From contig NC_087462.1 of NCBI RefSeq assembly GCF_036321535.1, positions 2,170,001-2,234,000 of the forward strand: a stretch of 64,000 nt of DNA, written 5' to 3'. The notes below the pieces were generated by a model. It made no database searches, was not told the origin of the DNA, and saw nothing but the letters and a program-made list of their open reading frames with translations. The translations under genes were made by a program, and so were the position numbers. Source of the DNA: Camelus dromedarius (taxonomy: Eukaryota). This document shows, piece by piece, positions 12,426 through 22,931 of the stretch (the stretch's first letter is position 1; each line of letters opens with the position of its first letter).

Positions 12426-13289
12426 GGTTACTTTGAACTGTGGTGGACACAAAATGAGCTTGGTACAGGTGTGTTTGCTATTATTATTAAATCTGTGTTG
12501 TTTTTCCTCTGTCCCCATAGAAATGCCAGCATTTTGCCCCCACCACTGACGATTCTTGGAAGTCTGCCTTAGTCCCCCATCCACGGTCCCCTATGGTTGG
12601 GCACTTAGGTTGTTCCCAGTTGCTAAGGCAGAGCTGCAGTGAATAGCTTCGCATCTCAAGCTGGTTTGTTTTTATGCAACAAACACTTCTCCATCACTCA
12701 CTGCGTGCTGGGTCCTGTTCTAGGCACTTTGCAAATATCAACTTATTTGATCCTTGCTATGACTACTTGTCTTCTCCCTCCCCATTTTACAGATGGGCAA
12801 ACTGAGGCTTAGCCAGTTGAGGTGATTGCTGAGGGTCACACCGCCAGGATTTGAACCCAGGCTGGGGGGCTCCTGTCTGTGTCTTGGGCTGAACTCCTCG
12901 TTCCTTGAGGTAGAGACCCAGAAGCCCAGTCCTTGTAGCAGAGGGGGAAAAGGATTCAAAGACCCCAGTCGTCCACAGGCAAGCTGTCCCCACTGGCTAT
13001 ATCTGGACATCACTTAGGGCCAACGTGATGTTTGATGCTTAAGCCCCACCTACGGCCTCCCAAGGGCAGGCTCTGGACTCAGAGTTGCCGGGAGAACCTG
13101 GCATCCCTGCCAAGACAGAGAAGTGACAGCCTCTGGGCAGCATCCAGGTATGGATTTAGGGGCGCTGCCCCAAACGGGTAGCTGCTTTCTCCTCAGCCTG
13201 GAGGGGCGGGGCCAGCAGCGCTTATCCCTTACCTCCCCCCGCACCCCCTCAGGCTTCCGCTGCCATCTGATTGGCATTCTCCTAGTCAC

Positions 13290-13830
13290 TCACCGGGTCT
13301 GAAAGGATGCGTTTGTTCAGCCTTAGCCACTGGATGTGGAGTAACCGAAATTCCCGATCCCTGCTGGCGGGTGTGTCAAACGGTGCAACCACTTTGGAAA
13401 ACAGTTTGGCAGGTTCTTAAAAAGTTAAACACACACCTACCACCGTGGGATCCAGCCTTTACCCCTGGGTCTTTGCCCAAGAGAAATCAAAGCTTATGAC
13501 CATGAAAGACTTTCACATAAATGCACTTAGCATCCGACCCATTCCATTTCCAGACATTTACCACGAGGAATGAAAGCAAATGTTCACACGAAGGCTTGTA
13601 CGCAGAGGCTCATAGCAGCTTTATTTGTAATAGTCCAGAACTGGAAACAACTCAGATGTCTATCAGCAGGTGTCCATCAGGATAAACGAACTGAAATATA
13701 TCCAGACGACGAATACTAGCCAGTGATTTTTAAAAAGGCTTGAGCTATGGGTGCGCACAACAGTGTGGATGCTCCTCGAGATAATTACGTGGAGTGAAAG
13801 AAGCCAGACACAAAAGAATGTTATGGACAC
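13290..13830 (+). mobile_element. L1M (L1MC/ME-like) 3'-region fragment
   Basis: CCACTTTGGAAAACAGTTTGGCAG..AAAAAGTTAAAC..CAGCTTTATTTGTAATAG..AACTGGAAACAAC. Confidence 0.75.
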
Positions 13831-14389
13831 TTGGCCACGCCCATTCGCCCATTCATTTACTTACTGTCTGTGTCTGCTTTTGTGCTACAGGCAGAGCTGA
13901 GCAGTCAGTAACCTTGGGGAATTAGCAAGTAACACTCTGGGCCTCAGTTCCCACATCTACAAAATAGGACTAAGCATTCTACCTGCTCACAAGTGTATCT
14001 GCAGCTAGAGGACTGTGTGGTTTTGTTTATTTTCCTACATAAATGTTGGACATATGTCTTTATCATTCAGCAATTTGGGGGTTTCTCTTTTCCCCCCAAG
14101 ATAACAAAGCATCTTGGAGATTAGTTCATATCAGTGCTGTAGCAGAGGAACCCTGGTATGTGTGTGTGGGTGTGATTCTTTTAAATATATATTAAATGTA
14201 CATTTAATAATATACACATATTATATAACGTACAAATGTAAATTATATACTATATCATCATTATGCCTGTATTTATAATATATACTGCAGAATACATGTT
14301 CAGTACATATACATGTTACATGATACATTTTATAGGTATATATAAGACTTAAACACACCCATGATGCTTTTTAAAAATGGAATTTTATA

Positions 14390-14770
14390 GGGATAAATTT
14401 GGGAGTTAGAGATTTACAAATGTTAATCAATATATATATAAAAAATACTTCTGTATAGCACAGAGAACTATATTCAATATCTTGTAATAACCTTTAATGA
14501 AAAAGAATATGGGGGGAGGGTATAGCTCAGGTGGTAGAGTGCTTGGTTAGCATGCAGGAGGTCCTGGGTTCAATCCCCAGTACCTACTATAAAAATAAAT
14601 AAATTAACCTAATTATCTCCCTCCTCCCCCCAAACAAAAACCTTTAAAAAAAGAAAAATAATATGAAAACGAACATATATATATATATATATATATATAT
14701 GCATGCCTGGGACATGATCCTGTAGACTAGAAATTGACACATTGTAACTGACTATACATCAAATTTTTTT
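14390..14770 (+). mobile_element. 5'-truncated lineage-specific L1 3' end, interrupted by a SINE
   Basis: CTGTATAGCACAGAGAACTATATTCAATATCTTGTAATAACC..AATTGACACATTGTAACTGACTATAC; flanked by a 15-bp TSD-like pair (14375-14389 / 14771-14785, 2 mismatches). Confidence 0.75.
14512..14652 (+). mobile_element. tRNA-Ala-derived camelid SINE (vic-1 type)
   Basis: GGGGAGGGTATAGCTCAGGTGGTAGAGTGC..GGTTCAATCCCCAGTACC head with A/B boxes, AATAAATTAACCTAATTA body and A tail; 13-bp TSD with 1 mismatch. Confidence 0.85.
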
Positions 14771-15018
14771 AAATGGGATTTTACACAGGCCCTGTCCCTC
14801 TGAGACTTTCACTTAGTCAACAAGTCTTGACTGAGCACCTACTACATACCAGGCACTATTCTCAGTGTTCAGGGACACAGCTGTGAACAAAACAGACACC
14901 CTCCACCCCCAGCTTGGAGCCAACAGGCTACTCTGAGTTCATGGTTTAGCTGTGTAATGGGGCTTTAGATGCTGCCATGAGTTTAATCCCAGTTTGACTC
15001 ACAACTTACACCTATTAT

Positions 15019-15168
15019 NNNNNNNNNNNNNNNNNNNNNNNNNNNNNNNNNNNNNNNNNNNNNNNNNNNNNNNNNNNNNNNNNNNNNNNNNNNNNNNNNN
15101 NNNNNNNNNNNNNNNNNNNNNNNNNNNNNNNNNNNNNNNNNNNNNNNNNNNNNNNNNNNNNNNNNNNN
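15019..15168. other. Assembly gap (150 N)
   Basis: Run of N, abutting the 5' head of a minus-strand SINE. Confidence 1.
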
Positions 15169-15194
15169 TACCACTGAGCTATACCCTTCTCCCC
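15169..15194 (-). mobile_element. 5' head of a vic-1-type SINE (remainder presumably in gap)
   Basis: TACCACTGAGCTATACCCT is the reverse complement of AGGGTATAGCTCAGTGGTA. Confidence 0.65.
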
Positions 15195-15379
15195 ATTTTT
15201 CCTTTTATTTGTAAATTTAAACATTTGCTAATGGAGTAAATACCCCAAACCCCCAAAATAAATACCACCAGGAGAAACAGAGCTTTTGCAATAACTCTCA
15301 CCCCAAAATGCTTCTCCCCAGTGCTGCCTTCTCGGCTCCTCTCCCCAAAGTTAACTCCTGAATCTGGAATGTATCCTTT

Positions 15380-16020
15380 CCGTGCTTGAAAAAAATTGCA
15401 TCTCCAATATATATTCCCCCCAAATGTCTCATTTTAAGTTACTGCAAGTTCACAATATTTGGGAGTTTGTTGTTCCACTGGATGTAATGTTGTTGAGTCC
15501 ATCCGTACAGTTTGCCTGTGGCTGAGGCTGCTGATGAATATCCCATTGGGTGAATTTCCCACAATGCACTTCTCCATTCTCTCAGAGATGAGCATCTGGG
15601 TTGTTTCTGAGTGTCCACCTGCTTCCCAGTGCAGGGATGGACAGTCTGGAGCATGTTTCCTGGGGCAAAACCCCAGAGTTTCTCATGGATATGTATCTGG
15701 GCTATGTTATGTGGCTCGTGAATGTTCAGTGTTGTGATTATCATCAGTTTGTTTTCCAAAGCAGTGTGGAAGAGCCCTGTGTACCCACAGCCTCTCCAAC
15801 ATTTGGCATTGTTGGACATTTTAAATTTGAGGCAGTGCTCTAGGGGTAAAACGGGGCCTTGGTATGGCCTTGTCATGCATTTCCTTGATCTCTAAAGAGG
15901 TTGAACATCTCTTCATGCACTTGTTGGCCACCCATATTTCATCGTTCTCGTGCTTTTTGCACTGTTGCTTCTTGGGTAGCTGCCTTTTCATATTGGAACT
16001 TCTTTTTAAAGGACTATATA
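15380..16020 (-). mobile_element. Old L1M fragment
   Basis: TGTACCCACAGCCTCTCCAACATTTGGCATTG..TGCATTTCCTTGAT..GAGGTTGAACATCTCTTCATG, antisense L1 3' region. Confidence 0.7.
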
Positions 16021-16052
16021 AGTCCATCAAAAGGCTATAACATTGTTTATAG

Positions 16053-16240
16053 CACACATTCTCAACAAGGGCAACAATCAGTACTTGCAGAGGAGTGAAA
16101 AAATCTTACTCTTTTAATGTACAAAATGCAGATATAAACAAATATAAAGCATATCTGTGGTATCAAAATTTCATAAGGGGTGATTAGGAAAAAATGTCTA
16201 AAATAACTGGGGGAATAATGAAAAAGGCTGAGAAGCACTG
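16053..16240. mobile_element. hAT-Charlie MITE (188 bp, subfamily unresolved)
   Basis: Ends CACACATTCTCAA / TGAGAAGCACTG resemble the Charlie TIR; 8-bp TSD GTTTATAG (16045-16052) / ATTTATAG (16241-16248). Confidence 0.6.
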
Positions 16241-16599
16241 ATTTATAGCAATTTCACAAGTCTATGGCAATGAACATCCTTAAGGGCATATGTACCTTTT
16301 CCCAAGTTCAGGGTAGGTTTCCAGAAGTTGGCCTATAAGGTCTGAACTTGTCTGAGGCCTCTGCCATACCTGCCAAATTGCTTTCCTAATTCATATTCAC
16401 GTTCACTTCCAAGCAAGTTATGAAAATGGTTATTTCACCACATGCTCACCAGCACTGGGTTTTATCAGTTTAAAAATCCTTACTGATTTTGATGGGTGCC
16501 AGAGCATGGTATGTTCTTATTGTTTGTTATCCTTTCTTTGGTCTCTGTAAGGCTGGATGTTTTTTATATGTTTGCTAACCAGTTTGTCTTTTGGGAATG

Positions 16600-16935
16600 T
16601 TCTAGGGTGGAAGAAATGCAAGCCAACACATCTGGAGGAAAGGGGATCTTTTATAGACAGTGGCAGTAACTTAGCTGAGTTGTGTCTTAAAGTTATACAG
16701 AAAGCAGAACTTGTAAGTGATGAACTTGGATATTTAGCAGAAGGGAATTTCCAGTCAAGTGTCAAAGGTGCAGCTTGGTTTCTTCTTGCTGCTCATAATA
16801 AAATGTGAGAGGAAAGAGATTGATGGAGAAGAAAACTGTTAAGCAAAAAGGAACCAGGACTTGATGACTGGAGAGATTCTTAGTCTACAAAAGTCACAAA
16901 ATAAGCTAAACTTAGGAGATTCACAGTTAGGAAGG
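16600..16935 (+). mobile_element. MaLR internal (MLT1-int-like) fragment
   Basis: GATGAACTTGGATATTTAGCAGAAGG..AATAAAATGTGAGAGGAAAGA..GTTAAGCAAAAAGGAACCAG. Confidence 0.65.
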
Positions 16936-16949
16936 CATCCTCCGGACCA

Positions 16950-17100
16950 ACATCACTTAGCAGCTGGGTGACCTGGGGCAAGAGTCTAAACCTGTCTGAG
17001 CCTCAGTTTCCTCACCTGTGATACGGGGTTACAAAAGTAATAGCACACACCTCATAGGGCTGCTGTGAGGGGTAAATGAGTAGCCTTGTGTAAAGTATTT
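16950..17100. mobile_element. MIR SINE (representative; more than 20 further MIR cores are scattered through the window)
   Basis: GTGACCTGGGGCAAGAG..CTGTCTGAGCCTCAGTTTCCTCACCTGTGA..CCTCATAGGGCTGCTGTGAGG MIR core. Similar cores near 3970, 7270, 11820, 12030, 12770, 30440, 37780, 39780, 40920, 43960, 45820, 54960, 57680 and 63230. Confidence 0.8.
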
Positions 17101-19107
17101 AACTCTATGCCCGCAGGCCCAGGGGTGGCCGTGTGGGGAAAATGAGTGGGGGAGGCTGCTTCTGAGTCCCCATTACTGCCCTCTGGACCCCAATCCCGGC
17201 CTGGCTCTTATCAACCCATCTCTCCCCTCCCCTCCTCTCCTCCCAGGTACCTAATTCCCTAAGGCAGGGGAGGGACTGAGGATTCAAGCTGGGGATTAAC
17301 AGAGGCCGATTAGAGATGAGCTGAGAGAGGAGGGGGTTCTCTATCCCCTTAACCCTTTCCTCTCTAGAGCCAGAGCCGGGGTATCCACCCTGCTTCCTTT
17401 GGCTTCATGTGTGTGAGAGGAGAGGCCATCTCCAGAACCTCCCCACTCCAACCAGTGAAACACCCTGGAAGAGGCATTAGGATTAGGGCGTCTGATAGGC
17501 TGGTCGACTGTAGGATGAAGAGTTCCCCTCTCTGGGCCTCACTTTTCTCTTCTTAAAAATGGGGAGAGGAATCCGCAGATGGAAGGAAAAAACCTCAGCA
17601 TCCCAGAGTGAACGCTCCCTGGACGCCTGAGATACTGGCTACTCCGAACCCAGACATACTGAGCACCTACCATATAGTCAGAGCTGATGTTACCACCATT
17701 TGCCTGAGATTTTCCGGCCCCCCCAGGGTGCACAGCATCGCACACAGAACCACAGAATTAACTTCCAGAAGCTCCCGGAGTCAGCCATGGCTCCAGAAAG
17801 GCGGCCCACGGTCTGATTCTCCTCTGGGGGTGCTGCCTGCACTCACCCTAAACCCTGGCGTCCTCCCTGGCGGAGTTGGGAACGACTTCCCCAAAGGGGT
17901 CCCTGAATCTTGGAGCCCCAGTCGGGGGAAAATGGGGTTGCAAGCAGGGGGAAACCCCCAGATAGAAGGACGGTAACAGAATCTCCTCCACTCCACCAGG
18001 CCCCGGCAAGCCCCCCTCCCATGGTCTCCTAGTTGCGCCAGACGCAGAGCTTGGAGTGGGGCGGGGAGAAGGGGGCGGTGCCTACTCTGCGGCTGCCGGC
18101 GGAGGGGGGACTGCGGGAGAGCGCTTGGTTGGGGGGGGGGGGCGCTGCGGCACCGCTTCCCAGCCCGCAGCGGCAGGCGCAGCAGGGGCGGGGGCGCTGA
18201 CCCGCCTCGACCCAGCCCCTCCCCCGCCGCGGAGGCATCGCCAATAATCCTGACCTGGGAGGGGGCGCCCGCTTCCCCCAACACCTACCGAGCCACCGCG
18301 CGCGCTCCCCGTCCCCCGCCCCGCCTGGAGACCCTGCGGGACCCCCAGGCAACCCTTGCCCCCCAGGTCTGTCACCCTTGGTGTCCGAGTCTCTGTCTGT
18401 GTCCCCATCTGTCCCATCTCCCCACTGTGCGTGTTTGTGACTGTGTTTCCGGGACACCTGCACTCACGGGCAAGGGTGGCTGCCGAGATGGCCTGGGGAG
18501 GGATCCTGGGGATCGGCGTTGGGTCATTCTGAGGTCTGAAGTGTCTTTCTACGATTGTCAATCTGCGTGAGTGTCTAAGCGACACCCTGCAGGCTGTGGG
18601 TCTGTGTGTGTGACAGCGTGGAGGCTGTGGGTGTCTGGGTGACACCCTACAGGCTGTGAGCATGTGGGTCCCCGTGTGTCTGTCTGGCTGACACCCGCAG
18701 GCTGTTGAGTGTGAGTCTGTGTTCGCGGCATCCTGCAGAAGGTGTCCGAGAACCGCATCTGCGGTGAGCATCGGCCCCCGTGTATCTATCTAGGTGACAC
18801 TCGCAGGCTGTGTGTGTCTGTAACACGTTGCAGGAGCGGCGGTGTGCGGTCGGTGTCGGTGTCGGAGTCGAGGAGGCCCGGGCCGCGAGTGTCCCCAGCC
18901 GTCTGCGTGTGTGTGTATGTGTGTGTGTGAGCGCGCGCGCGCCGTGAAGGTGGATCCGCTCCCTCCGCAGCGAGCCCGACCCGGGCCCCACGAGCCGCCG
19001 CCAGGACCGCTCGTCTGGCCTCCCCTCGCGCGGGCCGGGCCGGGGATGGAGCCGCAGCCCGAGCCGCCGCAGCCGGAGCCCGGGCGTGGAGCGGCCTGAG
19101 GCGCGGG

Positions 19108-19365
19108 NNNNNNNNNNNNNNNNNNNNNNNNNNNNNNNNNNNNNNNNNNNNNNNNNNNNNNNNNNNNNNNNNNNNNNNNNNNNNNNNNNNNNNNNNNNNN
19201 NNNNNNNNNNNNNNNNNNNNNNNNNNNNNNNNNNNNNNNNNNNNNNNNNNNNNNNNNNNNNNNNNNNNNNNNNNNNNNNNNNNNNNNNNNNNNNNNNNNN
19301 NNNNNNNNNNNNNNNNNNNNNNNNNNNNNNNNNNNNNNNNNNNNNNNNNNNNNNNNNNNNNNNNN
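19108..19365. other. Assembly gap (258 N) inside upstream CpG island
   Basis: Run of N. Confidence 1.
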
Positions 19366-19739
19366 GCGTGGGCTCCGGGAGAAAGTTGCAAGGTCTGGGG
19401 GGGACAGGGGCGGGGGCCGCCCGGGGGAGGGGCTCGATCCGGGACCCCCGCCTCCCTTCAGCCGCCGCGGGACCCCCGCCCGCCGATCCACAACCCCCCC
19501 CCCCCGGGCTGGGGGCGGAGCTGGCACGCGGGGCGCAGCGGGGGACCCCAAGTGGGGGGCCCCTCGTGGGCGCCGCAGACTTAGCAGGGAGGGGCGGGGC
19601 TCCTGGGGAGAGGGTCCCCCCCAGGCCAGGCCCCCGCCCCCTCCTGGGCCCGGCAGGAGACGGGAGGGCGCGGCCTGGGGCGCACGACCCCCGAGCGCAC
19701 AGCACATGGGGGAGCCGGGGCCGGGAAGGGGGCACCCGA

Positions 19740-19911
19740 NNNNNNNNNNNNNNNNNNNNNNNNNNNNNNNNNNNNNNNNNNNNNNNNNNNNNNNNNNNNN
19801 NNNNNNNNNNNNNNNNNNNNNNNNNNNNNNNNNNNNNNNNNNNNNNNNNNNNNNNNNNNNNNNNNNNNNNNNNNNNNNNNNNNNNNNNNNNNNNNNNNNN
19901 NNNNNNNNNNN
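19740..19911. other. Assembly gap (172 N) inside upstream CpG island
   Basis: Run of N. Confidence 1.
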
Positions 19912-22524
19912 CGCCGCGCAGGGGCAGCCACCCGGCCTGCCCTCTCGCCGCCTGAGCCCCGCCTCCGGGCCCGACCCCGGCCCTGCTGCAGCCTACGCCG
20001 GGTCCCAGACGGGAGGGGTCACCGGGTCTAGGCCAGGCGCGCCCCAGGCCCTCGAGCGCCGGTAGCTGCACTTGAGGGTTCCGGTGTCCGGTCCGCCGGT
20101 GTCGGTGGCATCCGCACTCGGGGGTTGCGTTCGGGGTACCCTGTGCTCTCAGGCGGGTCAGCGCGGGAATGCGGGGGTGCGTTCGTGGGTCTGTACGGCT
20201 GGGTGGTCCCATCCCTTTCCGTGGGTCCATGGGTCCCCAGACGTGGGGTTCTCTCCTTTATGTATCTGTGTGTCGGCGCATCCACGTGGCTGTGTGTTGT
20301 GTTGCGTGTGTTAGAGCATTGTGCGGCTATGGGACGGTGTGTGTGTGTTGTAACTGGGCGACTGTGCCATGCGTCCCCGTGGGGCAGTGTTGTGAAGCTG
20401 TGTAGCTGGGTTGTGTCCCCGGGAGACGTGATGTCCCTGGATGACCGTAGGGGTGTCCCTCTGTGAGTATGTGGAGGTTAGGGGGTTGCCAGTGAGTGGG
20501 GAACTGTGTCGTGTGGCTGCGTCTCAGGGGACTGTTGGGTGTCGCTGTGTGCGTGTGACTGGCGCTTAGTGACTATTCCTGGGGATGGGTCTATGCTCTC
20601 TCTCCCATCCCCTCCCCAGTTCCTTTTTTCCTGTAACCTCGACTGCCAGGTGGGGGACGGGTGCTCCTTCTATCTTGGCAAACCTCTGTCCCCTCCTCTC
20701 ACTCCTCACCCCTCCAATTCCCCCTGCCTCCGGGTCCCCCATCCGCGCAGCCCTAGGTGGTCTCAGCTTGAGGTTCGGGCGCGAGGTGGCGCCGGGACGC
20801 GATCACTTGGCGGCGACGTCTCCCGCCAGGGGCTGCGCGTGCGCGGGGACCTGACCCAGAGAGGGGCGGGGCGGCGGGGGGGGTCCCCCCACCTCCGCCT
20901 CCGAAGAGGTCCCAAGGGATAGGTTGTTACTGGGTTAGGTCTGGACCAGGGGATGGCCCAGGAGACCTCCTCGCCGGATGGGCTGGGAGCTGCGCCCTCA
21001 GGCCTGCCTCCCACCGCTTGCCCGGGACCGGGCCAGATCCGGCGGACACAAAGTGTTTTCTCCCCTCCCGGGGAATCCCCGCCACGGCCCCCCCTCCCCG
21101 CCCCAGGGCGCTTGATATAATTTTCTAAATATAAAAGCCCCAAGGCCAGGCAGGAATCTCTGCTTTTTACTTTAAACCTGCATCCTCTCTGGGGGCGGAT
21201 TGGGAAGGGGAGAAAAAGGGTTCTAATACTGACCCAGGGATGCATACACACACGACACTCGGCGTCCCCAGCTCAGGTCAGCTCGCCCACCCTCGGGTCC
21301 CTCCACTCCTGACTCCACTCCGGGGCACTGCCCTACACCACACTCCTCTCCATCCCCACCTGTCACCTGGTGCGCAGGGGGACACATTCTCCTGTAAGCA
21401 CATTCAGCAGCACATGCCCATGACACACCCTCCCAGCTATGTGTTCACAGCCACATGTGTGCAAAACTCTGCCCACCCACAGGGGTCCGCACAACCACAC
21501 ACACAGGCACACGGACACACACACTCAAAGACAGGCACCTGCGCTTGTGGGAGGGGGAGGAGGCAAGCCCATCACCCCATCTCCCCGTCCAAGCCAGGTC
21601 CCTACAGGGCTTGGAGAGCAAAGACCCCAGCTGTAGGGGGGAGCTGGTGGGGATAGCCCTGAGGGAGGAGCAGGCATGTGATGTGTTGTGTGTTACTGTG
21701 TGTGTGCCAGGGTTTAAATACCTGGGAGGGGTTTTACCTGTAAGTGTGTATAGTTGTGTTTGGATGTACTTGTGTTATTGTGGCCCAACGTCTGTGTGTT
21801 GTGTTTGGGGTTGTGTGTGTGCTCATTTTTTGGATCTGTGCGTTTCCATGTGAGTCTGCATGGGTCTGTGTGTCACCTGGGGTCTGTAGATCTGTATCTG
21901 TTTGAGTCAGGGTGACACGTGAGGATCCGTGTTTTTCCGTGTGACGTTTTTCTGAATGTCTGTCTTTGTGTCAGTTCGTGGCATGTTGTGTTTGTGTGTC
22001 TCTGTTGTGTTCTGTGCCAGCTCTAATGTCACATCCCGCCTTTACCTCTGAAGACTGAGGAGGACCTTAACAGCCCCTTCTAGGAGCTTAATGCCTCATC
22101 TGTGAAGCGGGAACACAGGATGCCTCATGAGGTCGGAGCGGGGACAGTGTTGCCATGCAATCACAGGTCCTGGCTCCCTGCTGTGTCTCTTCGCTGGGTC
22201 TGGTGGCTGTGGAGTTACCGGGCAGGCTTGGACCCCTATCATACCTGCCTGAGCTGCTCTCACTTTTAAACATTTTGCTGTGAATTCCAGCCCCTGCAAA
22301 GTCCACTCACATTTTTAAAGTTTGCTTTTTAATAACACAAGCCACTCAGGAACATCTAAAGAGGCTACCAAAGTACCTAGAGTAAAAATCAAACCTTCCT
22401 CATAACTCCTACCCCAGGGGGCCCCCTTCCCCACTCCAGAAAGGCCCCGTTATCACCCAGCTTTGTCTGAGCAATTGCAGATGTAACAGATACACATTCT
22501 TATAAAGTATGCATGTATATTCTT

Positions 22525-22656
22525 TTCTTGCTTGTTTTGGGGGGTAGGTAATTAGGTTTATTTATTTTTTTATTTTTAGAGGAGGTACTAGGGATTGAAC
22601 CTAGGATCTCACGCATGCTGAGCATGCGCTCTACCGCTTGAGCTATACCCTCCCCC
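22525..22656 (-). mobile_element. vic-1-type tRNA-Ala-derived SINE, intact
   Basis: Reverse complement reads GGGGAGGGTATAGCTCAAGCGGTAGAGCGCATGCTCAGCATGC..GGTTCAATCCCTAGTACCTCC..AATAAACCTAATTACC; perfect 13-bp TSD CATGTATATTCTT (22512-22524 / 22660-22672). Confidence 0.9.
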
Positions 22657-22741
22657 TTACATGTATATTCTTATAATGGATCTATGCATATCCTTAAAAA
22701 AATCCCAAATGAGATCTTGAGTTTACCTGTTGAGTTTACAG

Positions 22742-22931
22742 CAGGGGTTCTCAACTGGAGTGGTTTTTGCCCCAGGGGACACTGGGTGATGTCTGGGGAC
22801 GTCTGTGGTTATCACGACCTGGGGTGCTCCTGGCATCCAGTGGGTGGGGGCCAGGGACGCTGCTCCACACCCCCCAGGCCCCGGGATACCCCCACAGAGG
22901 ATGGTCCATAGTGCTGGAGTGGGGAGCCCTG
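22742..22931 (+). mobile_element. MER20 (hAT-Charlie)
   Basis: CAGGGGTTCTCAAC..GCCCCAGGGGACAC..GATGTCTGGGGAC..CCTGGCATCCAGTGGGTGGGGGCCAGGGA. Confidence 0.85.

Larger units (their letters stand above)
17780..20300 (+). promoter_or_regulatory. NFIC: CpG island, upstream (exon 1a) promoter of NFIC
   Basis: Very high GC/CpG, GC boxes and GCCAAT at 18240-18245. It lies about 7 kb upstream of exon 1b, as expected from recalled NFIC structure. Exon 1a itself is not visible (gaps). Confidence 0.75.

Noticed and set aside
14512-14590. tRNA-Ala-like sequences (also 22575-22656 on the minus strand)
   Set aside because: These are SINE heads with an extended 5' end, SINE body, A tail and TSDs; not tRNA genes.
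18647-20230. 527-aa, 305-aa and 289-aa ORFs in the upstream CpG island
   Set aside because: They span gaps and are G/P/R/A-rich low-complexity products of extreme GC; no recognisable domain.
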